Assembly (NCBI GenBank): GCA_963711835.1
Contig: CAVQFQ010000017.1
Coordinates: forward strand, 672,001-736,000
Reading direction: 5' to 3'
DNA length: 64,000 nt
Source of the DNA: an uncultured delta proteobacterium
GTDB lineage: Bacteria > Desulfobacterota > RBG-13-43-22
Shown here in pieces: positions 50,204 to 57,954 of this stretch (position 1 is its first letter; every line of letters begins with the position of its first letter). The notes under the pieces were generated by a model, which did no database searches, was not told the origin of the DNA, and saw nothing but the letters and a program-made list of their open reading frames with translations. A program made the translations under genes and the position numbers.

Positions 50204-50513
50204 AGGTTTTGCCGGGAGCGCCTTGGCGTTATCGTTTATTCTGGGCGGCGTGGTAGGAGCAGCCGTGGCCATCCTCTATGCCCCCTGGGAAGGTCGCCAG
50301 GCCAGAGGAAAATTTAAAGAGTTGGCCGAAGAGGTCAAAGACAAGACCGGCGGCATTTCCGGCGAATGGAAGGAAAAGGCCTCCAGTTTTATTGAAAAAG
50401 GCAAGGAATTTGTGGAACAGAAACGGGGTATCCTTTCTTCGGCCTTTGATGCCGGATTGGAGGCCATGAAGAAAGAAAAAGAGGACTTAAAGAATCCTGA
50501 AGGGTTGGTGTAA
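50187..50513 (+). CDS. YtxH domain protein
   Basis: FILGGVVGAAVAILYAP..G...R. Confidence 0.8.
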   Translation: MAEESKGFAGSALALSFILGGVVGAAVAILYAPWEGRQARGKFKELAEEVKDKTGGISGEWKEKASSFIEKGKEFVEQKRGILSSAFDAGLEAMKKEKEDLKNPEGLV

Positions 50514-50574
50514 GAAGGCCTCGGGTCAAGGCTGATAGCTCATAGTCTAAAGCCAGGCTCAAAAAGCAGAATGA

Positions 50575-50616
50575 AAAAAAGAGGCGGGGGATGGTCATCC
50601 TCCGCCTCTTTTTTTC
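50575..50616. terminator. Bidirectional intrinsic terminator
   Basis: AAAAAAGAGGCGGGGGATG/CATCCTCCGCCTCTTTTTTT. Confidence 0.8.
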
Positions 50617-50804
50617 GCTTTAGTTGCACCCAGCTCCTATTCCAGAATTTATCTCTAATTTTCCAATATCCGGGTGTTTGGGGGACCCCCAAACACCGTT
50701 CCTCCACGACTTGGAAAAAAATTAAATATCTTTTGGTTAGCCTTTCAGGTGACCCCTTGCATCCCGGGACCTCTCCAGGAATTCCGGAAAGATCCCGAAG
50801 GTTT

Positions 50805-51956
50805 TTAGATGGCCCCGATGAGCCGCGAAATAACCAGCCGCTGTATTTCCGAAGTACCTTCCCCAATCTCCAGCAACTTCTGGTCCCGATAGAACCGTTC
50901 CACATCGTATTCCTTCATCAGGCCATAACCGCCGTGCAATTGAACGGCGTGGTTAGCACAACGATACATGACCTCCGAACAATAGAGTTTGGCCATAGCG
51001 GCTTCTTTGGCATAGGGCTTGTGGTTGTCCCGAAGCCAGCAGGCTTTATAAAGGAGCAGGCGGGCGCATTCTATTTCCATGGCCATATCGGCCAGCTTAA
51101 AGGAATTAACCTGATAGCTGGCGATCGGCTTGCCGAACTGGACCCTCTCCTTGGAATAGCGCAGGGCCAGTTCAAAACAACCCTGGGCCCCGCCCAAGCC
51201 CATGGATCCGATGCTGAGCCTTCCCCCGTCCAGGGTGCCCAACATTTGATGAAATCCTTCGCCCCGGGGGCCCAGGGTGTTTTCAACCGGCACCCGACAG
51301 TCGTCGAAGTAAAGCTCGCTAGTATTGGAACCCCGCCACATCAACTTGCCGTGCATGGGCCGGGCTTCAAATCCGGGGGTCCCGGATTCCACCAGGATAC
51401 AGCTCAATTCCTTCTTCCCGCTCCCCCGGGTGCCGGTTCGGGCCAGAACCGTAACCCCGGCGGTTATCCGGGTTGAGGCGTTGGTGATGAAGATCTTGCT
51501 GCCGTTGATGATCCATTCATTCCCATCCAGGACCGCCGTGGTCTGGGTATTCCCGGCGTCCGATCCGGCATTCGGTTCGGTCAGACCAAACCCCCAGAGC
51601 ATTTCGCCGCTGCAAAGCTTGGGGAGATATTTTCTTTTCTGTTCCTCGCTCCCATAGTAGTAGAGGGGTCCGATTCCCAGGGAATTGCCGGCCGCAATGG
51701 TCGCGGCATGGGAACCGTCCACCCGGGCGATTTCTTCCACGGCGATGATATAGGAGACGTAATCTAACCCTTGCCCCCCATATTCTTCTGAAACAAACAT
51801 GCCGAAAAGCCCCAGATCCCCCATGGCCCGGCAGGTTTCATAGGAGAACTCTTCCTTTTCATCCAATTCCCGGGCCTTGGGTTTGATTTCTTTCTCGGCA
51901 AAATCCCGAACCGATTTTCGGAGTATCTCCTGTTCCATGGTTAAGGAAAAATCCAT
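50805..51956 (-). CDS. Acyl-CoA dehydrogenase
   Basis: GLTEPNAGSD, NGSKIFITN, RVQFGKPI, QLHGGYG, IGEGTSEIQR. Confidence 0.93.
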   Translation of the reverse strand: MDFSLTMEQEILRKSVRDFAEKEIKPKARELDEKEEFSYETCRAMGDLGLFGMFVSEEYGGQGLDYVSYIIAVEEIARVDGSHAATIAAGNSLGIGPLYYYGSEEQKRKYLPKLCSGEMLWGFGLTEPNAGSDAGNTQTTAVLDGNEWIINGSKIFITNASTRITAGVTVLARTGTRGSGKKELSCILVESGTPGFEARPMHGKLMWRGSNTSELYFDDCRVPVENTLGPRGEGFHQMLGTLDGGRLSIGSMGLGGAQGCFELALRYSKERVQFGKPIASYQVNSFKLADMAMEIECARLLLYKACWLRDNHKPYAKEAAMAKLYCSEVMYRCANHAVQLHGGYGLMKEYDVERFYRDQKLLEIGEGTSEIQRLVISRLIGAI

Positions 51957-52204
51957 AGCCGCTCCCTATCACTGGTGTTGATAAAACGGAATGATCAACT
52001 CAGACCACCGTAAAATGGGTCAGGAAGAAAAAGAATTCAAGAAGCCTACCCTTTAAACGGATTTAGAAAATTCCGATTGAAAATTGCAAAAAATATAGGA
52101 GGGTTAATAGGCGATGTCAATAAAAAGTTTAACGGATCCGGTAATCATTCAGGGCTATTTCCCCTGGCAGACGGCCCTGACTTGAGGAAGATCGGGCGCT
52201 TTCA

Positions 52205-52246
52205 AAAATAACTTGACAGTTATTTTAATTAGTTATTATATAGCTA
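52205..52246 (+). promoter_or_regulatory. sigma70-type promoter of the thiolase operon overlapped by AGTTA-motif inverted and direct repeats
   Basis: AAAATAACT-TGAC-AGTTATTTT around TTGACA (52213-52218); TAGTTA and TAGCTA 11 bp apart. Confidence 0.6.
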
Positions 52247-52424
52247 CAAAATAATTTCAGGCAATCGCAAACCCGGAGGGGTAAGGCAACGGTTGGATTT
52301 GAAATCAGGAAAGCGCCGGGTGCGATCGAAAGAGAAAGCCGGGGAGATCTGGTTCCCTGAAAGCCGTGGGCCGGAGAAGGTTTTTTGAGCGTATTCCCAA
52401 ATACAAATTTTAGGAGGATCGGGG

Positions 52425-53795
52425 ATGATCACATTTAAGAAAGGGAATTTAAGGATTCCAAAATGGAACCGAAAGGTTTTTATGGTCGCCGGCGGAACGA
52501 CGGCCTACAAAAAGTTTTTCCCGGAGTACAAACTGGAAGAACTGGTTATGATGGCCTTCAAGCAGATGCTGGAAGACAACAACCTCAAAATGGACCCCCT
52601 GGAGGTTAAAGGTCTCATCAACTATGCGGCTTACGGGGAATTTGCCGACCACTTTCAGGATCAACTGCTCTGTGAAGCGAAAGTTCATGATTACCTGGGC
52701 TTGGATCCCCTGTATAACACAGGCATCAAGACCGGCGGGGCCACCGGGGGAACAACCATCCTCAATGCCGCCATGGCCGTGGCCTCGGGCTATGCCGATG
52801 TGGCCCTGGCTGCCGGCTGGGAACGGATGGACGAAGTCGATACCCGGACCGGAAATTTTTATATCTCCACCGCCGCCTGCAAGGACTTTGAAACCCGCCT
52901 GGCCCGTATTTATTCCGCTTATTATGCCCCCATGGCCAACCGTTTTGCCTGGGCCTTTAATGTCTCGGAAACCACCCGGGCCAAGATAGCCGTAAAGAAT
53001 CGTCTCTATGCCTGCTCTTCGCCCTACGCCCAGCAACCGGGAAAACATACCATTGAAGAGGTCCTGGCCAGCCCCATGTCAGCTTTTCCGCTGCGTTTCC
53101 TGGAATGCTGCGCCATGAGCGTTGGGTCGGCCTGTGTCCTGCTCTGCGACGAGAAAACGGCTTATAAGTTGACCGACCGACCGGTGGAGGTTTTCATTTG
53201 CGGCGGGACGCATACCCTGCGGGTGGCCGACCGCCGGGCCATGGATATCCCCCTGCTGCCCAATGAACGCCCGGGGATGTATAAGGATTACCTCCGGGAA
53301 GGAAGTCGTTATCCCGGTTTTGAGAGCTTCCTGGCAGCGCGCTTTGCGGCCTGGCTGGTCTATCGAATGGCCGGGATCTATGATCCCCTGGAAGAGCTGG
53401 ACCTGGTGGAACTTCATGATGCCTTCACCATCAGCGATCTTCAGACCTACGGCGACATCGGTCTTCGACCCTATGGCCAGGAACAGGATTATATCGAATC
53501 CGGCGACGCCTATTTCGGCGGGAAGTGTCCTTCCAACCTGTCGGGAGGGTTGTTGGGAACCATGCATGCCGTCGGCGCTACCGGGATCTTCCAGGCCGCG
53601 GAATGCCTCTGGCAGTTGCAGCAAAAATATGACCAATTCCACGGCGACCCCAAGATCTGGAAAAAATGGGGCAAGAAAAAGCCCCGGGACTGGAAGAGCC
53701 TGCAAGTCCCCAAGAAAAGCAAACAGGCCCTCTGGGTTTCCCATGCCGGGGTCGGTTCCCATGTAACCGTTGGTATTCTCAGGAAGAGCTGGTAA
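52425..53795 (+). CDS. SCP2-type thiolase-fold protein lacking the usual N-terminal catalytic Cys
   Basis: GWERM, AVKN, ELHDAFT, NLSGGLLG..HAVGATG; KTGGATGG where ExxCASGG is usual. Confidence 0.85.
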   Translation: MITFKKGNLRIPKWNRKVFMVAGGTTAYKKFFPEYKLEELVMMAFKQMLEDNNLKMDPLEVKGLINYAAYGEFADHFQDQLLCEAKVHDYLGLDPLYNTGIKTGGATGGTTILNAAMAVASGYADVALAAGWERMDEVDTRTGNFYISTAACKDFETRLARIYSAYYAPMANRFAWAFNVSETTRAKIAVKNRLYACSSPYAQQPGKHTIEEVLASPMSAFPLRFLECCAMSVGSACVLLCDEKTAYKLTDRPVEVFICGGTHTLRVADRRAMDIPLLPNERPGMYKDYLREGSRYPGFESFLAARFAAWLVYRMAGIYDPLEELDLVELHDAFTISDLQTYGDIGLRPYGQEQDYIESGDAYFGGKCPSNLSGGLLGTMHAVGATGIFQAAECLWQLQQKYDQFHGDPKIWKKWGKKKPRDWKSLQVPKKSKQALWVSHAGVGSHVTVGILRKSW

Positions 53796-53809
53796 AGGAG
53801 GAAGAGAAA

Positions 53810-54310
53810 ATGGTTCAAAAAACAAAACAGACCAAATTCATCGGTCAGGTGACTAAGATTCGACAGACCGAACCGCGTACCGTCATCGAGTGGCCCCGAA
53901 CCTTAACCCATGTACATACCTATGGGATGCTTTCTCCTTTCTTCCAAGGGCTGAAAGAAGGCAAGCTGACGGCCACCTTTTGCCCAAACAAAAAATGCAC
54001 CGAAAATAGGCTCTGGATACCCCCCAGGGCTCATTGTCCCGACTGCCATACGGAGATGAAATGGAAGACCCTGCGCAATCCGGTAATCGGAAAGGTTTAT
54101 GCCTTTACCGAAGTAGTTTACGCCGGAGTCGGGCTTGAGCTTTCCACGCCCTATTGGCAGATCGATGTTGAGATCCCCGGGTTGGCGACCATCCCCAAAA
54201 GCTACCTCCTATATGGGAAACCGTTCATCGGGATGAAGGTCAAGGCGGAATTCAGGACCGAGAAACCCACCAACACGGTCCTTGATTATTATTGGGTCCC
54301 GGTGGAATAA
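53810..54310 (+). CDS. DUF35-type zinc-ribbon/OB-fold partner protein
   Basis: FFQGLKEGKL, CPNKKC...PPRAHCPDC, GKVYAFT; follows the thiolase gene. Confidence 0.85.
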   Translation: MVQKTKQTKFIGQVTKIRQTEPRTVIEWPRTLTHVHTYGMLSPFFQGLKEGKLTATFCPNKKCTENRLWIPPRAHCPDCHTEMKWKTLRNPVIGKVYAFTEVVYAGVGLELSTPYWQIDVEIPGLATIPKSYLLYGKPFIGMKVKAEFRTEKPTNTVLDYYWVPVE

Positions 54311-54664
54311 GGCCGCGATAGGGCCCAAGGACCTATTTTTTACCTGACGGCCTGTTTCCGATAAACAGGTCCTTCGAGCATCTATACATCTCTCCGGGCC
54401 AAGAGGAGAATCCCTACTCCTCTTGGCTTGCCAGACCGCTTTGGATTTTTTCCGGAACCCAGGAGGACCGCTTGAACGGTGAGGCCATGAACTGCCTCCG
54501 GCGGGTGTACCCCTTAAGAATCACCTCACCCCTTGGGAAGAGTATTTTCTCCACCGCCTGGCCCGGATGGCCGGCATCGTCATTTCCAACTTGGGAGAAA
54601 TCCTCTTTTCATCCAGGATTGGCAAATAACCTTAGACCCTGAGGTGACCTTGAAGTCCTTGCCC

Positions 54665-55489
54665 ATGAAGCCCACCGATCCGCTATTTATTTATGAATTT
54701 GAAGGGGTCCTGCCGGACGAGACCTTTGATTTTCAGGCTGACTTCCTGGCCCACTGGAGAGAGGGGGAGCAGACCTTTTTATTTTTTTCAACATCCCAGG
54801 AAGCGTCGCTGCCGCTTTTCCTAAAAGACCATCCGGAGCTGGTCTGGGTCCGGAGTCATCAACTAAGCTACCAGGACTGGCAGGGCGGGCAATGGGCCGA
54901 AGGGCTATCGGTGGGTAAATTGCGGTTTGTCCCTCCCTGGAAACCTGCTTCGGACCCGGCTGTCCCCCTGGTGATCCGGATGGATCCCGGGGTCGTTTTT
55001 GGCTCGGGCCAGCATCCCACCACCCGGGATTCGCTCCAGGCCCTGCTCTGGGTCTATGACCGGGATTGTCCGAAAAAAGTCCTGGACCTGGGGACCGGGA
55101 GCGGTATCCTGGGACTGGCTTCGGCTAAATTAGGGGCGCAACTGATTTTGGCTTGCGATTGGAATCCGGCCTGCGTCCGGACCGCCGAACGAAATGTAGC
55201 CTTAAATCATCTGGAATCACTCATTACAGTCAAAGAAGGCCGGGCCGAAGAATTTATCCGGGAATCGGCCGACTTGCTGCTGGCCAACCTCCATTTTGCC
55301 GTGCTTCGGGACCTGATTGCCGAAAAGGCCTTTTACGAGAAAAGCTGGGTTATCCTCTCCGGCTTGTTGCGAAGTGAATACGGTCAGATCAAAGACCGCT
55401 TGTCTCTATCCGGATTTAATCTCTTAAAAGAATGGGAGTCCGACCAGACCTGGTTTACTCTGGTGGGAAGGAATAGGGGAAGTCTATGA
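54665..55489 (+). CDS. PrmA-like SAM-dependent protein methyltransferase
   Basis: PPW, DPGVVFGSGQHPTT, LDLGTGSGILG, ANL, ILSGLL; start uncertain. Confidence 0.8.
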   Translation: MKPTDPLFIYEFEGVLPDETFDFQADFLAHWREGEQTFLFFSTSQEASLPLFLKDHPELVWVRSHQLSYQDWQGGQWAEGLSVGKLRFVPPWKPASDPAVPLVIRMDPGVVFGSGQHPTTRDSLQALLWVYDRDCPKKVLDLGTGSGILGLASAKLGAQLILACDWNPACVRTAERNVALNHLESLITVKEGRAEEFIRESADLLLANLHFAVLRDLIAEKAFYEKSWVILSGLLRSEYGQIKDRLSLSGFNLLKEWESDQTWFTLVGRNRGSL

Positions 55490-55944
55490 CGAACGAGCCT
55501 ACGGCGGCGCGTTATCACTTTTTAAGCCGGGATTATGCCCAGGGATTTATTGCCGATTTGGGATTTGAGGCGGTCCATTATGAGAGAGGGGCCTTAATAT
55601 CCCGAATAAGGATCCTGCCGCGCCACCGTCAACAGGACCATTATATCCATGCCGGTGTTCTGGCGACCATGGCCGATCACACCGCCGGCTATGCCGCCTT
55701 CAGCCTGGTTTCCGAGGATTATCGAATCCTGACCATCGAGTTTAAGATCAACTTCCTCCGGCCCGCCTATGGCCGGGAGTTGATCTGCAAGTCCCGGATA
55801 CTGCGCGAAGGAGGGCAGATTTTGACCGGGGAGTCGGAGGTCTTTGATCAGCGGCCCGGGGAGGAGGTCCTGGTCGCCAAGGCCCTGGTTACGTTGATGG
55901 CGGTGCACAAGAGCAAGATAAAAAAAGTGGCGAGTGACAGGTAA
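55486..55944 (+). CDS. PaaI-family thioesterase
   Basis: IHAGVLATMADHTAG, TIEFKINFLRPA. Confidence 0.88.
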   Translation: MTNEPTAARYHFLSRDYAQGFIADLGFEAVHYERGALISRIRILPRHRQQDHYIHAGVLATMADHTAGYAAFSLVSEDYRILTIEFKINFLRPAYGRELICKSRILREGGQILTGESEVFDQRPGEEVLVAKALVTLMAVHKSKIKKVASDR

Positions 55945-55979
55945 GGGGTGACGAGAAAAAGGTGAAAAGAAAAGACGTG

Positions 55980-56849
55980 ATGAATAACTACCGGAATACC
56001 CCCCCAGACCCTGATATTCCCCTCGCCGAACACCCTTTTCCAAATTCTGAACTCCGAACTCTGAACCCCGAACCCCGAACCCCGAACCCTGAACGGAATT
56101 ATACTCCCTCCGAACTAATGGTCACCATCGCCGCCCGGGAAATTGCCGACGGCGATGTGGTTTTCGTGGGCATGAGGCTCCCCTTGCTGGCCTTCATCCT
56201 GGCCAAAAAGACCCACGCCCCGGCGGCCTGCGGGCTTTTTGAAAACGGGGTCTTACGGGAGGTCCCGGCCGGCGGACCGATCATAACCATGGGAGATCCT
56301 CCCAACATCCATCAGGCTACAATGTGCTGTGATATGTTGACGGTGATGGGGTTTCTTCAGAAAGGGCGGGTGGATGTGGGCTTTATCGGCGGGGCGGAGG
56401 TGGATAGATACGGCAATCTTAATACCACCCAGATCCAGGGACCGGAAGGCATTATACGACTTCCCGGCAGCGGCGGGGGGGCCGATATAGCCGGGTTATC
56501 CCGGCGGTTGTTAATTATCATGCCCCATGAACGGCGGCGTTTTGTTGAAAGGGTGAGTTATGTCACCTCGCCCGGCTATGGCCAGGGGCGCACCTGGAGA
56601 AAAGATCAGGGGTTGGTCGGCGGCGGGCCCTCGGCCCTAATTACCACCCTGGGGGTCTTCCGGTTTGATGCGGAAACCCGGGAGGCCTATTTAGCCCAAG
56701 TCCATCCGGGGATAAAAACGGAGCAGGTGATTGACCAAACCGGTTGGGCGATTACCGTATCCCGGGATCTCTCCCAAACCATTCCCCCCACGGATAGGGA
56801 TTTGGCCATCATCCGTCAATATGACCCGAAGGGGTTCTGGACCAGGTAG
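55980..56849 (+). CDS. Family I CoA-transferase beta subunit (glutaconate CoA-transferase B-like)
   Basis: VFVGMRLP, FENG (catalytic Glu position), EVDRYGNLN, LPGSGG; N-terminal extension includes a heptamer repeat. Confidence 0.85.
   Translation: MNNYRNTPPDPDIPLAEHPFPNSELRTLNPEPRTPNPERNYTPSELMVTIAAREIADGDVVFVGMRLPLLAFILAKKTHAPAACGLFENGVLREVPAGGPIITMGDPPNIHQATMCCDMLTVMGFLQKGRVDVGFIGGAEVDRYGNLNTTQIQGPEGIIRLPGSGGGADIAGLSRRLLIIMPHERRRFVERVSYVTSPGYGQGRTWRKDQGLVGGGPSALITTLGVFRFDAETREAYLAQVHPGIKTEQVIDQTGWAITVSRDLSQTIPPTDRDLAIIRQYDPKGFWTR
56044..56092. repeat. Seven tandem heptamers (ACYCYGA-type)
   Basis: ATTCTGA ACTCCGA ACTCTGA ACCCCGA ACCCCGA ACCCCGA ACCCTGA. Confidence 0.85.
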
Positions 56850-56999
56850 GTTAAACCCGAAATCCGGCCCGGACCATTCTTGATCGCCTTGCCGGTGGGG
56901 GCAAAATTTAAAGAGGAAAACGAAAGAAAAGGGTTTAAGTACTCCCTAACCGGTAAATAATTAAATGAAATTAAATGGTTTACATATCAAATTTTTTTC

Positions 57000-57063
57000 T
57001 TGACAAAGAATAAGAGGAAAATTATAGTTATTTTATAGTTAAATTATAGTTAATATATAGCCG
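57000..57063 (+). promoter_or_regulatory. sigma70 promoter overlapped by an 11-bp-period direct-repeat array
   Basis: TTGACA(57000)-N17-TATAGT(57023); TTATAGTTA at 57022, 57033 and 57044, partial ATATAG at 57055. Confidence 0.8.
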
Positions 57064-57095
57064 AATCGTTTACCCTCTCCAACACAGGTCCATTC

Positions 57096-57296
57096 ATGGT
57101 TTCCCAAAAAAAAGAAGGCCATCCGGCCGAAATAATCTCCAAATTAGAAGAGTCCAATAAGCCGCTGAAGGCCAAGTTCGAGGTCTTTGGTGAGGAGATG
57201 ATTGAAAAGGAGGTAAAGCAAAGCGGAAACAGTGGACGGGTCTACTTGCCCCCGGAATGGGTCGGCAAGCATGTTAAGATTATCCGGATAGATTAA
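57096..57296 (+). CDS. DUF2080-like small protein (AbrB/MazE-like swapped-hairpin signature)
   Basis: KFEVFGEEMIEKEVKQSGNSGRVYLPPEWVGKHVKIIRID. Confidence 0.75.
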   Translation: MVSQKKEGHPAEIISKLEESNKPLKAKFEVFGEEMIEKEVKQSGNSGRVYLPPEWVGKHVKIIRID

Positions 57297-57298
57297 TC

Positions 57299-57760
57299 AT
57301 GGAAGGCAAACCTATAAAAGCGATTAAAATCAGAAAACTTGCGGTTAAAGACCTTTCCCAGGTGATCGCTATTCAGGAAAATATTACCAAGACCAAGGTC
57401 ACTCCGAAAAAGATGGCTATCCTGAAAGAACATATTCGAAAGGCCGGGAATATCAACTTGGCTGCCGTGGTGGAAGGCAAGGTAGTCGGATATGTTATCA
57501 GCGAAGTCATGACCAACAGTTTCGGACTGGATCAGAGCGGCTGGATAAAGAATTTAGGGGTTCATCCAAAATATATGGGGGCCGGGATCGGACAGTCTCT
57601 GGCTAGCCCCCTTTTTGCAGCCTACAAAAAGAAAAAAATCAATGAAGTTTATACCGCGGTCCGATGGGATTGGGGAGATCTGCTTTCCTTTTTTAAATCC
57701 ATTGGGTTTGACCGGAGCAACTTTATTAATTTGTATAAAAAAATGGAACAGAAAGAGTAA
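57299..57760 (+). CDS. GNAT-family N-acetyltransferase
   Basis: EGKVVGY, LGVHPKYMGAGIG (CoA-binding motif A), FFKSIGF; starts 2 bp after the DUF2080 stop. Confidence 0.88.
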   Translation: MEGKPIKAIKIRKLAVKDLSQVIAIQENITKTKVTPKKMAILKEHIRKAGNINLAAVVEGKVVGYVISEVMTNSFGLDQSGWIKNLGVHPKYMGAGIGQSLASPLFAAYKKKKINEVYTAVRWDWGDLLSFFKSIGFDRSNFINLYKKMEQKE

Positions 57761-57954
57761 TTTCTTGATTCAATATTAAAGGCTTACTCGCCCCTGAACT
57801 CAGGGCCTTGATATTGATAGAAAAATAACTTCAGCAACTTAAGCAATCTCGGCCTTCACCCAATGGGTGAAGGCCGTTTTGAGTTAAGTGCTTGCAACCC
57901 GTGATTAATCAAAAAGGTGGACACGGGTTCAGGTAATCTAGGAGGGGTAAAAAA

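Noticed and set aside
50673-50697. Perfect 11-bp hairpin GGTGTTTGGGG-GAC-CCCCAAACACC as a REP family member
   Set aside because: No second copy noticed in the window; likely a 3' stem of the acyl-CoA dehydrogenase transcript
57022-57063. 11-bp repeats as plasmid iterons or a replication origin
   Set aside because: They overlap a well-spaced -35/-10 promoter and there is no rep gene
57096-57296. DUF2080 as evidence of a transposon
   Set aside because: No transposase, terminal inverted repeats or target-site duplication nearby
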